This document shows, piece by piece, positions 1 to 13,415 of a DNA stretch of 64,000 nucleotides. Both the position numbers and the translations under genes were made by a program. The notes under the pieces were generated by a model. The model saw nothing but the letters and a program-made list of their open reading frames with translations. It was not told the origin of the DNA and ran no database searches. Each line of letters begins with the position of its first letter. Position 1 is the stretch's first letter. Origin of the DNA: Amoebidium appalachense (Eukaryota > Protista > Ichthyosporea); assembly GCA_963693365.1 (NCBI GenBank), contig CAVNZM010000001.1, forward strand, positions 14,184,418 through 14,248,417, read 5' to 3'.

Positions 1-369
1 CACACCACACCACCACCACCACCACCACCACCATCACCACCACCATCACCACCACAATCACCACCACCCACCCACCCACCCACCCACCCACCTCTTAAGC
101 CTTGCACCCTGCCCTCCCCCCCACAAATCTTCCCAAAACACAGGGATGTTTGGATAGAACACATCAGGGGAAGTAGAGACAGTGACGGCGGACACGGCAA
201 GAAAAGAATACACAGCAACTTTTTCAGTGTGTATGTGTGTGTGGGTGTGTGGGTGGGGGGGGGGGAGTTAGATTGTTACAGAAAACGAAGTACACAATCA
301 TGACGGAAAACACAATGCAGACGCCAGGGAGGGGAAGGGGGGGGGGGGGGGGGGGGGGGGGGGTTGCAC

Positions 370-1367
370 CTGACAAAGATCCACTCGTGATGGTTCCAGT
401 GATATGACGTCACCGTGGCACCTGGTGGGGAAGAGAGGGTGTTATAATTGGCATCATGGAAAGGAGAGGCGGCGAAGGGGGGAAGGGGGGTGGGGAGGGG
501 AGGGGAGGGGGGGGGGGACTAGACCAGTTAATTCCTGTTGCATGACAAAACATACTGAGTGGATTGATTAAAGATCTGAACAGGATTTATAAGACAGCCA
601 ATGTTTCAGGTTTCGTTGCTAGCTGGCGGATACCATCCTACCCAGCCATGCCTCTGATCTGAATGAAACAGGGAATATAGGTGGGCGTAGCAGGCCACAC
701 AGGGCGTATAGATCTCGGAGCTCCCAGATCTTCTCCCTTTTTATCTTTGTGTGTGTGTGGGGCGAGCAGGGGTTGTGGGGAGAGAAGGGCGGAGGGGAGT
801 GGGGGTGGGAGGGGCATATAAAACTGAAGTTAGGGAGACCAACGAAACTTTGGCAGAAAGATTGGATCTATAATAAGAAGCCTGGGTTGGGTGAAAGTTA
901 CCCCCCCCCCCCCCTCCCCTTCTGTCCATCCCGTTCAATTCATTCCTTTTTTATTTGTCTTGTCTTCGTTTCCTTCCACCACTCAACCGGTTGAAAGTAA
1001 AGGGGGAAATAAATGAAAAGGGTGTAATCGAATTGCCAAGTTGCATCCAGCCGGATCGGGGGCAGACACGCAAGTCGTTGTAAGCAAGGGTTTTCGTTCG
1101 GCAGGGCGGGAGCACTAAGTACGCATGTGCGTACGGGCATACTTTTCTCTTGTGGTGGTGATGGTTTGCAGGGGGGGAAGGGGGAGAGGGGGGAAGGGCG
1201 GGAGGCGGGGTGGAGGGGGGGGGAAGAGGGCAGGGATTAGGAGATCTGGACATGAGTTGACACTTACCATAGAGGTTGACCTCAGTGTAGTTGTTGTCGG
1301 AATGCTTGAGCCGCGCATAGTGCACGGTGTTGCCGTCCTTGGCTACTTCGTACTTTTCCACGGTCAT
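370..1367 (-). CDS. Glucose-6-phosphate 1-epimerase / aldose 1-epimerase family protein, 5' part (continues past the window start)
   Basis: Exon 1 is 1367-1268 (MTVEKYEVAKDGNTVHYARLKHSDNNYTEVNLY-G, donor GTAAGT). Exon 2 is 421-370 (after CAG; GATVTSYHWNHHEWIFVS, donor GTGCAA). The phases join to EVNLYGATVTSY...EWIFVS, matching the family motif 'v.lyGAtv.Sw....e.lFlS'. Later exons were not found in 1-369. Confidence 0.8.
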
Positions 1368-1729
1368 TTTCTATTCTCTAATCTTGCGATTACGAGTAGG
1401 TTTTTGTGCGAGAGGGCTCTGATTACAGTTTTCGAGCAGTTTTCGGGTGTTCAGCGCCGTTTGACCTTGTCACGCAAAAAAATGCGACGGAGGAGAGGAG
1501 GATAGTGATTATTGACCAATCAGAAGACAGATAGAAGAAGGTTGCCAATAAAGGCAAATATAATTTAGGTAGTAGCCGTATTTGGCAAGTAAATTTGTCT
1601 GTGAATGTTTGCGCAATCGATCATCCACGCAGTCCAAAGGCCTCGGAACATCCGAACAGCTTTTCTATTTATTTTTTTTTAGGGGTGAAAACTTGGTTTT
1701 CTAAGTGAAGTCGAACATCATCCGGCTTC

Positions 1730-1921
1730 AAGGAGGGGAGGGAGGGGGGGAGGGGGGGGGAGGGGGGGGGAGGGGGAGGGGGAGAGAGAGAAAGGGTGGG
1801 GGGGAGGGGGTGGGAGGGAGGGGGGGAGGGGGGGAGAGGGGGGGGGGGGGAGGGAGAGAGAGGGGGGGGGGGAGAGAGAGAGAGAGAGAAAGGGTGGGGG
1901 GGGGGAAAGAGAGAGAGACAG

Positions 1922-1967
<46 letters not shown>

Positions 1968-2001
1968 AGAGGGGAGGGAGGGGGGAGGGAGGGGGGGGGG
2001 G

Positions 2002-2075
<74 letters not shown>

Positions 2076-2080
2076 AAGAG
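1730..2080. repeat. Poly-G / (GA)n purine-rich low-complexity tract
   Basis: G runs and (GA)n directly visible. Similar tracts at about 3935-4410 and 20880-21320. Confidence 0.9.
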
Positions 2081-2289
2081 AAATGAACGACCCTCTGGCC
2101 CCCTGCCCGTGCCCCACCTCCATGGTGCCGTATTCACCAATCAAAATGCAAAGAACATAATGGTTGCAAATTTGAATTCCTCTGTCCGGGAGACTCACAC
2201 AAATGATGTGGCCATGCAAAAACGAACTACCAAAAACACGCTGCGGTCTACGAGTGTTTTGGGCTGATTTCCCCAATGAGCCAGTGTGT

Positions 2290-2466
2290 GGCATAATAAC
2301 TAAACTTTCGGCACAATAATATGCAAAGAGGCATAATAATTAAGCTTTTTGCTTAAGAACAACGCTCTAGCATAATAATTTTGCCTTTGCTTGATAAATA
2401 AGCTCGAGCAAAAAGCATAATAATTATGCCAGAAGCGAGTTTATTATGCTGGTGTGGTTGGGCCCT
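2290..2466. mobile_element. Truncated MITE-like fragment related to the elements at 21325-22115
   Basis: Ends in ...GGTGTGGTTGGGCCCT (2466), whose reverse complement AGGGCCCAACCACAC resembles the termini at 21340 and 22115. Contains repeated GCATAATAA(TT) motifs and the palindrome GCATAATAATTATGC. No matching left end found. Confidence 0.5.
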
Positions 2467-2595
2467 TACTGTGCATACGCCAGCATGACACTATCATGTC
2501 AATAGTTCACATCATATAGGCTTCCCGCATATATATATACTGTAATCAATTAACAGACACCGTACCAGTATTACTACGGAGCTAGTCCAAGGCTG

Positions 2596-3364
2596 CTAGT
2601 AGTAATTATAATAATCGTCGTAGTCATCGAAGAGGTAGTCACCCCCCCCACTTCCTGAGCTCCTTTTCATCCTCCATAGCAGCCTCCTTTTCCTCTTGCT
2701 CGTAATCCACTGCAGTCGCATCCTTCCTGTTGTTGCGCTTGTAGTAATTATAATAATCGTCGTAGTCATCGAAGAGGTAGTCACCCCCCCACTTCCTGAG
2801 CTCCTTTACATCCTCCAAAGCAGCCTCCTTTTACTCTTGCTCGTAAGCCACTGCAGCTGCATCCTTCCTGTTGTTGCGCTTGTAGTAATTATAATAATCG
2901 TCGTAGTCATCGAAGAGGTAGTCCACCCCCCCACTTCCTGAGCTCCTTATCATCCTCCCAAGCAGCCTGCTTTTCCTCTTGATCGTAATCCACTGCAGCC
3001 GCATGTTTCTGGTTGTTGCGCTTGTGTCCAGTTGGATATCTGCGCTTCTTGCAGCGCCAGAAGCTGCATCTGCTGCGACCGAATGTGGATCAATCCTGCA
3101 TCTGTTGTCTCCGCCACACGCGACGCCGCAGCCACAATAGGGGCCATCGCGGCGGGAACATTTTAATCACACTTGGTCCAGAGCCAGTTCGCACCTACAA
3201 ACGCCCCCTTGACACGTGCTGCCGTCGAGGCAATCCCCATTGTATCTGCAGGGCTCCCCACGGTATGCCTTCGCCTCGGTATTGAACTTCCGACGTCTTG
3301 CCTCGCCGGGGGTGGAGAGGGCCATCACGTATACTAGGACCGCAATAGCGGAGGTCAACCTCAT
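2596..3364 (-). pseudogene. Secreted precursor: signal peptide, small Cys-rich domain, then three dibasic-flanked Tyr/Asp-rich peptide repeats; disrupted as assembled
   Basis: ATG at 3364: MRLTSAIAVLVYVMALSTPGEA (signal-like), then CRYNGDCLDGSTCQGGVCRC. Downstream repeats read KRNNRKDAAAVDYEQEEKEAAMEDEKELRK-WGGDYLFDDYDDYYNYY-KR and end at TAG 2598-2596. Lesions: TGA at 3167-3169 plus a frame change (both removable by a GT-AG intron 3194-3070), +1 shifts at the G-runs near 2926 and 2642, and one TAA near 2833. Confidence 0.6.
2599..3023. repeat. Three tandem ~141-142 bp repeats (47-codon unit)
   Basis: GTAGTAATTATAATAATCGTCGTAGTCATCGAAGAGGTAGTC starts at 2599, 2741 and 2882. Confidence 0.95.
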
Positions 3365-3575
3365 CTTCGACACTTGATGTTTCTTCACACGTATTACTGA
3401 ACTGGTGTGTGTTGCAGGGGCTGCACAGTGCACAAGCTGCAGTGCGCACCAGTCGAGACATATGTCAGTATGTACTCAAACGTCCTGCGCGGCTGACGCG
3501 GCCGCAGGCTGTGCCCGGTCACATACCGTCACAGAGGAGAGCAGAGCGGAATGCTAAGTAACCGCAGGGTTGGAA

Positions 3576-3664
<89 letters not shown>

Positions 3665-3923
3665 TGTGTGTGTGTGTATTTATATTATGCGCAGATGTAA
3701 ACGGTTTTGATAGAGCACACCACCGACTTTTTTTGTGTTGCGTTTGTCTAAAGTTTTTCCAGCTGCGGAGGACATGGGATAAGTTTTTTTGTGGGAATCT
3801 ATCGGAATGAAAATATCACAGATTAATTGAACTTGATTGGCAAATATGCCTGTGAAAGTTATGTGTGCTGATCTTTGGCCAATGTACAGTCAGAACCACT
3901 AAAATTCTTATCATTGGAAGCTG

Positions 3924-3976
<53 letters not shown>

Positions 3977-4027
3977 CAGAGAGAGAAAGAGAGAGCGAGA
4001 GAGAGAGAGAGAGGGGGGGGGGGGGGG

Positions 4028-4069
<42 letters not shown>

Positions 4070-4204
4070 GAGACAGAGAGAGACAGAGAACGAAAGCGAG
4101 GCTGAGCGAGAGATCTAGGGAGACAGCTAGAGAGGTGATAAAATTTAGTAATAACGACAAAGAGGGAGAAAGAGAATCATCAATAGAATCAAGAGAAATC
4201 GGCG

Positions 4205-4332
<128 letters not shown>

Positions 4333-4469
4333 GAGTGAGGGCTCGGAGAGAGAGAGAGAGAGAGCTCGGAGAGAGAGAGAGAAGAGAGGGGGGGGGGGGG
4401 GGGAGAGATGGAGATGGAGGCTGTGTGCGGATATCGATATCTTGTATGCGAACATCCTAAAATCGCGGT

Positions 4470-5540
<1,071 letters not shown>

Positions 5541-5571
5541 CTCTAGTAGAGCACACCACCTGACAAATTGT

Positions 5572-8500
5572 TTTTTTTTTTTTTTTTTTTATCACGTTTT
5601 GTTCCCGGAGGGCCTTTTCAGGCCCTCTAGGGAAACTACCGTCTACCACACAGCACCGACAATACACTAGTTAAGGTGCTATCTATGAGTTCAGCTAAGC
5701 TAAACCATCCTTCACAACCTAACTATAAGTACACACTTTGCCCAGGGCTACTACCCCAGCCACGCCGGCAGGAGGCTCCAGTCCTCCCCTCCATTCAAAA
5801 CCTAGCAATAAACGTTAACCGAGGGCTCTCATTGGTCGATCTACAGTATTGGGAAGTCCTAGGTGTTGTGTATAATATTTACGGTGGGTATGGGTGGATG
5901 ATGGGGTGTGGTGGTGGTGGTGGTGGGGGGTTGCTGCCTAACATTATGTGTTGTTGTACGTATGTTGTGGCGATGTTTTTGTGGACTAAAAGGTGGGTTT
6001 TACAGGGCACACCGGGTCTGTGTGTGTTCCGGCAGTCAGAACAGGCCGGCCGGGTGTGTGTGGGGGGTGTATTTGTTGATGTTTTGGGTTTTTGGAGAGC
6101 CATACTGTTCTTTCTACGGGTGGTGGGTATGGTGGTGTTTTTGCATTTTGGGGTGGGTGGGGGGGAGTGTTGTGTTCCGTTGGTGCCAAATTTTTGAAAA
6201 GAAAAAGGATTGCAACTCTACTGTGATTTTTCCTAAGATGGCCCGGGTGGTGGTCTTGGTGGTGCCGGTGGCTGCAAGTAGTGGGCCCACCGATCGTGGG
6301 CAGAATCCCCGTTCGACCCACTTGGTGTCTTCGGGGTCAGGTGGGTCACCGTTGCCTCCTATCCAGTTTATCCATGCACACTGGTCTACCACCGTGGCTG
6401 CCGTATGGTGGTGCTGTGCCGTGGGGGTGTTTGGATGACGAGTGTGCAGGACGTTGTGGATGCAGGCTGTGATGGCGGTGGTCAGGATGGGGACTTCCCC
6501 GGCATGGGCCGGGCAGGCCCAGAGGTGGGTGGTGGTCTCAGGGTGCTGGCTGCACCGGGGGCATGTGGGCTGTGTAACGACGGTGGGGTGATCTCGATGT
6601 AGCCGTGCCATGGTAGGCAGGGTGCCCATGGCCAGGGACAGGCTACGAGTGTTTCCTCTGACTGCCCCGATGGTTGCCTGTGTGGGCCCCTTGTTGAGCT
6701 TGAGGGGGTTCCGTTCGGCTGGGAGCAGTCTGGGGTCGGCTAGTATGGACATAGCCTTGGTTTTGCCGGCCATGTCGGCGAGGAAGTCCTTGTTCAACCG
6801 GTTCAGTGTACCGGGAATGTTGCCGGGGATACGGTGGCCTTGTAGTCGTAGGAAGTATTTCCCCCCCCCTGGGGCCGGAGGTAGGGGGGGGGGGAGGGGG
6901 GGGAGGACTCTTCCTGCATTGGCTGCCTTGTCTGCCTCGTTATTCCGTTGACCGTACCGTTTGGTGTTGGATTGGTGCCCCTTCACCCACGATACCTGTA
7001 CAGAGCCTGGTTGCCGGAGAGAGAGTTGGTCTCGTACGTGAGCCCATTCCACTATGTGGGGGAACTTTAGCTTACGTCGAGGGGATGTGGTGGGGTCCAT
7101 ATTTGCCGTCCATCGGTCGACTACTCCGAGGTTATCGAGCTTGATGTGGATGGGGGTGGTGGTGGGGGTGAGCAGGAGGGCTAGTAGTACCCCTGTGAGT
7201 TCGGCTTGGGTGGATGATAGGGCCGTATGGAGCCTGGTCTTGGCCGTCACTGGTGGTGCTTTCCGGTCCGGGGTGTCCAGCACAGCCCCGGCTCCGGCCT
7301 GGGCTATCCTCCTGCCCGGGTGGATGAGGCTGCCGTCCGTATAAACGGTGATCGGTTGGTCTGGGGGGATCAGGGTGATTTGGCATGCTGCCACTCGTCA
7401 TAGGTGGCCTGGGGCACCAAGTCGGTGTAGGTGAGCCTACGGGGAGTGGGTGGGCTCGGCAGGTCAGCCGGGTGGGCCGTGCACTTGTGTCCTGGTGGTG
7501 ACCCTACCGGTGGTGGCTGCTGGGGGGGGGGGGGGCCGGGGAGGTCCCCCGGTAAGGGTGTGGCTTCCTCGTTGGCTTGCAGGTGGAGCATCTGGGGTGA
7601 TGCCTGTTGGTGGGGGGGAAGATGCCGCCGAAAATGGTGTATCTTCCTCCACTGCTCGGCCGGATCGGAGCCATCCTTCAGTGCGATGACTTGGTAGATG
7701 TCGATACTGTCGGTGTTAATGAAGTCCTTATGGTACTTCGGGACTACCATGTGGGTGGTGATTCGGGTCTTGAAGGCCACGTAGGGGTCTGCCCGTATCA
7801 CCTCCACAGCACGGGTCCACCCCACACACTGCTTGTTGTGGGTGTGGTTATCGGCTGGGGGCTCAGGGGGCTCGTACTTGCTGTTGGTGCTGTCGGTGTT
7901 AAGAGTCCTCTGAGTCGTCGGAGTCGTCGCTGGGCCCCGTCGACTCCGATTCTGGCTCCGTGTCTAACCCTTCCCCCTCTCCGTCTGCGTACCCGGGGTT
8001 GGGGGAGAGGGTGGCCGGGGTGTAGGCTAGGTTCCATGGGGAGTGGCCGTATTTGCAGTCACCAGGGCAAAAGCGGAAATGGGCTGTACCATGTGGGTCG
8101 TTCCACTTGGGTCGGTGCCATCTCAGCCCCTCCTCCTCTGTGTTGTCCCGTAGATGGGCTATTTTGACCCAAGCCTCCCCGTTGTGGGTGGTGTGGGCCA
8201 CCACCTGGCTGAGTTCGTATTGCCCGTTCTTGACTATTTCCACCACGAATGCACCGACGGGGTGGTTTGCCACGAGGTCAATGGTGTGGTGGGTGTGTGG
8301 TCTGGGTGCTGGCCGTAGTTTGTCTGCGATGGGGATGGCCCCCTTGATGATGGACCTGTACCACTGTGTAGCTCCCGGGTGTAGTAGGTCTGGGGGGTGG
8401 GGCAGTTCGGGGAACGCCCGGAACACCCCCGGCCGTACCATGGTGTCCTCCACCGTGTAGAGTTGACGGGGGTGTGTGTGGGGGCCGATGTGGGCCGCAA

Positions 8501-8771
8501 AGGTGTGGTCCGGGAAAACGGTGTTGATAGGGGTGCGCTGGTTGTTGTTGCTACTTCCCCTCCTTCTCCTTGGGGGGAGGGGGGGGGGTGGGGTGGGGGT
8601 GCTTGTGTTTTTTTGGGGGGGGTTTCCCCAATACTCAGGTGCCGCTCGTGAAGGATCCCCGTGATTTGGGCCCAATAGTTGTGGAGCTGCTTTCCCCCTA
8701 GCCTGTAAAGTTTGGCTGGGGGTGCTTGCAGGGGTGGGTAGGGTAGGCCTGTCACGTGTTGCTGCTGCCAG
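5572..8771 (-). mobile_element. 5'-truncated non-LTR retrotransposon (LINE) with RNase H and C-terminal zinc motifs
   Basis: Poly(T) at 5571-5590 is the poly(A) tail on the minus strand. An exact 14-bp TSD ACCTGACAAATTGT lies at 5558-5571 and 8772-8785. Frameshifted ORF pieces (7899-8771, 7370-7825, 6114-7394, 5879-6103). No RT domain remains. Confidence 0.9.
6114..7394 (-). CDS. LINE ORF2 C-terminal fragment: RNase H plus CCHC zinc finger
   Basis: RNase H catalytic motifs VYTDGS, SSTQAEL, IKLDN, WVKGH, NNEADKAA. Zinc finger CPRCSQHPETTTHLWAC. A second CxxC-x3-H-x5-C motif (CSDCRNTHRPGVPC) lies in the shifted frame 5879-6103. Confidence 0.85.
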   Translation of the reverse strand: MAACQITLIPPDQPITVYTDGSLIHPGRRIAQAGAGAVLDTPDRKAPPVTAKTRLHTALSSTQAELTGVLLALLLTPTTTPIHIKLDNLGVVDRWTANMDPTTSPRRKLKFPHIVEWAHVRDQLSLRQPGSVQVSWVKGHQSNTKRYGQRNNEADKAANAGRVLPPLPPPLPPAPGGGKYFLRLQGHRIPGNIPGTLNRLNKDFLADMAGKTKAMSILADPRLLPAERNPLKLNKGPTQATIGAVRGNTRSLSLAMGTLPTMARLHRDHPTVVTQPTCPRCSQHPETTTHLWACPAHAGEVPILTTAITACIHNVLHTRHPNTPTAQHHHTAATVVDQCAWINWIGGNGDPPDPEDTKWVERGFCPRSVGPLLAATGTTKTTTRAILGKITVELQSFFFSKIWHQRNTTLPPTHPKMQKHHHTHHP

Positions 8772-9151
8772 ACCTGACAAATTGTGACAATGCAGTATTA
8801 AGGACCGTTTTCCCGAATCGGCCCGATTACTGTCAGACCATTTGAAAGTATCGTTCACTTAAAGATCATCATCATGGTGATAAGTGCTAGGCTATGTCCC
8901 ACTAATAATTATATATTAGTAATCTTCAACTATCACCATTTTTGAGTATGAAGTCTAGACCGTTATTACATCAAGTTATCGCGCAAGCGCTACGTGTAAA
9001 CTACTAGACCTTAATCTTGTTTTCGTGTAAGTGCTGTTAAAAAGACGTAGGGCACCAAGCACACTCAAGGTGGCACACGTTGACAAAGTGAAATGTTCCG
9101 CAAGGCACACTGTGGCACCGTATCGGTCACACACACACACACACACACACC

Positions 9152-9228
<77 letters not shown>

Positions 9229-9505
9229 TCTCTCTCTCACTCACTCACTGTACACCCACCCACCCAACTACACACGTGCACACACACACACACACACTCT
9301 CACTGTACACCCACCCACTCAACCACACACGTGCACACATACACACACACTCACACACCATGACACACACACAAACACACACACAAACACACACACCGTC
9401 CCGTACATATACCCACACACATCTATGGTGTCACACACTGTGATACAATACACACATATGCGTGCACACACACACACGCTGTGCACGCGCACGTGCGCGC
9501 GCGCA

Positions 9506-9594
<89 letters not shown>

Positions 9595-9834
9595 TCCCTG
9601 GGGGGAGGGGGGGGGGATAGGAGGGGGGGGTGGGGGGGGGGGGGGAGGACGGGGGGAGGAGGGGAAAGGGGGAGGTTGTGTGAGGATTATATGATCATCA
9701 TGGTAGGGCCTGATATGACTCACTGCCCTACTAATAACATTAATCAAACTTTGAACACTGCATGTTTGATTTGGAAAAAAAAAAAACGTGCACAACATGA
9801 CGCCCCCTCAAATCGACAGGAAAATTACAGTATT

Positions 9835-9868
<34 letters not shown>

Positions 9869-10008
9869 CTGCTTTCATACCTGCACAGAGTACGTGACCG
9901 TATCAATTTTATACGGCTCGTAGAGTCTTTTTCCTACATGAATTCTTTGTACAACCATTGAACTTGGCACAAAGTTTTTTCAAATAATAGAGTTCTGCGC
10001 GCCGGGGA

Positions 10009-10054
<46 letters not shown>

Positions 10055-10160
10055 GGGGTCGATCGAAAAACGTTTAAAATTCCAAGTTTCACAGTGAGGG
10101 CTCCAGGGACCGAGGTTAATGGGGAAGAGGAATGGCGCAGGGAGAATTGACCCAGCCAGC

Positions 10161-10212
<52 letters not shown>

Positions 10213-10232
10213 ACACACAAGCACACGCACAC

Positions 10233-10447
10233 ACCCACAAATAACCAAATGATAAACCCCACCCACAAATAACCAAATTATAAACCCCACCCACAAATAA
10301 CCAAATTATAGACCCCACCCACAACTAACCAACTTATAAACCTCACCCACAAAAAACCAAATAAGAAACCCCACCCACAACTAACTGACCAAATTATAAA
10401 CCCCACCCACAAATTACCAAATTATAAACCCCACCCACAAATAACCA
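10233..10447. repeat. Minisatellite, ~28-bp unit CCCCACCCACAAATAACCAAATTATAAA, about 7.5 copies
   Basis: The unit repeats head-to-tail with point variants and no unique spacers. Confidence 0.9.
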
Positions 10448-10545
10448 CTACCACCACGCACACACACGCACGCACACACACACGCACACATCTATACACC
10501 ATGACGTGTCCTGTGTCCTGCACCACCACCACTACCACCACACAC

Positions 10546-10610
<65 letters not shown>

Positions 10611-11487
10611 ACACACACACACACACACTCACACTCACACTCACACAAACTTCTGAGTGACCGTGATCACTTCCCATCTACAGCAGGCCGTTACTACATA
10701 CGTCACCAACTGTTTTATTCACATCTGTGCTCTTTGCTATTGGACTTAACTTTGTGCGCCGGGCCTATACAACAGGCATCCGATAACAACGGGTGAAATA
10801 GAAACCGAATTATAGGTAAAATGGTTCCCAAAGCCCTCTGGCCCTTGCAGTGATGTAACACAAACAAAACACAAGTACACTGGTACGCACTATTCCTCAA
10901 TTATCAGGCCTCAATCATATGATGTATTATTAGTCATTATATCTGGTGGGATTACTGTTGTGGGGCACGCACGGTTCACAGCTGTCGCATGAAATAATAA
11001 TTGAAGAAACTCCCACATCACAGTGGCATACATAGGCGGTGCACTACTTAGTAACGTATGAGAGTGCGTGACTAAAAAATAAACATCCAACCAAATCAGG
11101 CTTTTGCTAACTTTAGAGGGATCAGCTTGATGAGCAAAGCTGTACTGGCGTAGAATCATAGCTATGCATTGCCTGCCCAGTCGCCCAGTTGATAAGACCC
11201 CCCCCCCCTCCCCCCCCCCTCCTCCTCCTCCTCCTCCCTGCTTCCCCTCTCCCCCAGGGGATGAAAACGACATGAACACAGGAAACGACTGCAATCCTGC
11301 AGTTCCAGTGCGCAACTAACCTCTCGTCAGCGGAATAACTTCCGATCCCTTTTTTTTTCTTACTAAAAATACATTGACATCCGTGGTAGAAAAGACCCCC
11401 CCCCCCCCCCCAAAAAAAAAAAAAAAAAAAAAAAAACAAAAAAAACACTAAATAGCGAACAGAGAAAACGTTGTAGAAAGCAATAGC

Positions 11488-13302
11488 TCACACCTCCGTG
11501 GGGGGTGCCGGGTCGTTCAAAGTTGCCATCACCATCTTCACCGACCGTCTAAAGGGGCTCCACACTGCAACCTTTGGTGACCCCGGGGCCTGCCCCGAAC
11601 TGTGCCCCTTCTTAGACCCGACGCTCGCCGGCCGATCCTTATGAAACAGAATCGGCGATCCCATATCCGGCAACCCCCCCACGTGCGTAAACTCCACCAC
11701 GTTCGACCCCGGATTGTTATAATTTACGTTTTCGGTCGCCAGGCTCAAGCTGCTGTTGTCACGGTTAGTAGCACTGCTGCTGCTTCGCCGTGCCCGGTGC
11801 AGGTTGGACGTGGGTTTTTCCTCGTGGTATGCGTTCGAAAATTTCTTCCTGAGCGATCGGCTGGAGAAAGAAATGTTGAAAGCGCGTTTGGGCGGCGGGG
11901 TGGTAGGACCAGTGGAGAAGGAGGAGGAGGAGGACGTCAACGGCAGCGGCTGATTGGTCGATCCATGCGACATCGACGACAGCTCCCCGGATAGACCGCT
12001 CTCGGCAATGGAAGACAGAGAGGAGATGTTAAGGCTCGAGTTGGAAGACCGCGACCGCCTATCAGGAAACGGCGCCGGCGGATCGCACTGTTCCGCTTTC
12101 AGCGGCGTGGGCGTAGCGAGGGGAATCGCTTCAGGCCGCTGGCGATCGGTTGGTTGTGGTGGCTGGGCTCTTGTAAGCGGGGACGGGGGGGATTCCCTTT
12201 TCTGCACGGGGGTGCCCGGGGGCGTAAACCTCGCCGTGTTCACCTGGTTGACAAACTCATCCACAGACACCGACGTATCCAGAGCCCGATTCACAAGATG
12301 GTCCGCGTCCGAAAAGTTGAGCCGGGCCGGGCGTAGACCCGAAATGGTAGCAGAGGTGAGGCTTCGCTGACGCCTACGGCTATGAAGAGGCGTGGTGCTT
12401 CCCACGGAGGGGGAAACCGGCGATCCAGGGCACTGCGGCGAGGAAGAAGAAGCAACCAGAAGAGAGTCGTTGGATCTAGAGCCGTTGAACGTGAAGACGG
12501 ACGGCTGCGACGCGACGGGCGGTGCGGTTGCGGGTATCGCCGCCGACCCGTTATGCCCGGCCCGATTCGATTCGACGCTGTTACTGCGCTTGATTATTGC
12601 AACCATCAGGCGGCTACGGCTCCCTCCTCCCATGGGCGTCGTGGGGCCGTCAGAACCGCGAACAACCAGAAGTTGGTCGTCGCTCCCTGCCCTAATCCCC
12701 CCACCGCCGCTTGACAACTCCACGTTGCTCGCCGAAGATATCTTCTTGATCGGATCCCTTCGAAGCTGCGGGTGGCCTGGAGATCCCCCGGCTGTTCCTG
12801 CGGTGGAAGAGTGGCCCGAGAGCGAACGGAACAGTTTGTTCGCGCTCCCGGCAGCACCGCCCCCTCCGATGTTGCTGCCCTTTGTAGGCGTACGTTCGCG
12901 GTCAGCTGCCCGCGATGAACCGAGTCGCCTTAAAACGTTCATCCCGTTTCCTACGTGTTCTTTTGCAGCGGAGGCGGCGGATTGAACGTTGTTCAGGGCT
13001 GTGACAGGGATCGGACGGCCGCCAAACGTCGTGCACGCGCCGGGGGAAACTTGGTCGATTACGGCGACGGCTGCGGCGAGATAGACGTCCACTACTTCGA
13101 CGCGGACCGTTACGTTGCATTCGATGTAGTTCAGGGCACCAATCTGTTCGACCATAGACATGGCCTCGTTGTAGATTTTGATGTCGCGTTTTTCGGTCAG
13201 TTGGTAGCCTATGAGGATTAGGGGGACCTTGGGCCGAGCCTGGAGAATATCTCTGTTGTTTTGTGGTTGGTGTTTGTGTGTGTGGAGGGAAGGGCGGGGA
13301 GG

Positions 13303-13345
<43 letters not shown>

Positions 13346-13366
13346 GGTTGTGTGTGTGGGTGTAGC

Positions 13367-13415
<49 letters not shown>

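Noticed and set aside
7899-8858. 319-aa ORF as an independent gene
   Set aside because: It crosses the LINE 5' junction and TSD (8772-8785), has no ATG start, and is a frameshifted part of the element.
10233-10447. 28-bp repeat array as a possible CRISPR
   Set aside because: Units are directly adjacent with no unique spacers, there are no cas genes, and the context is eukaryotic.
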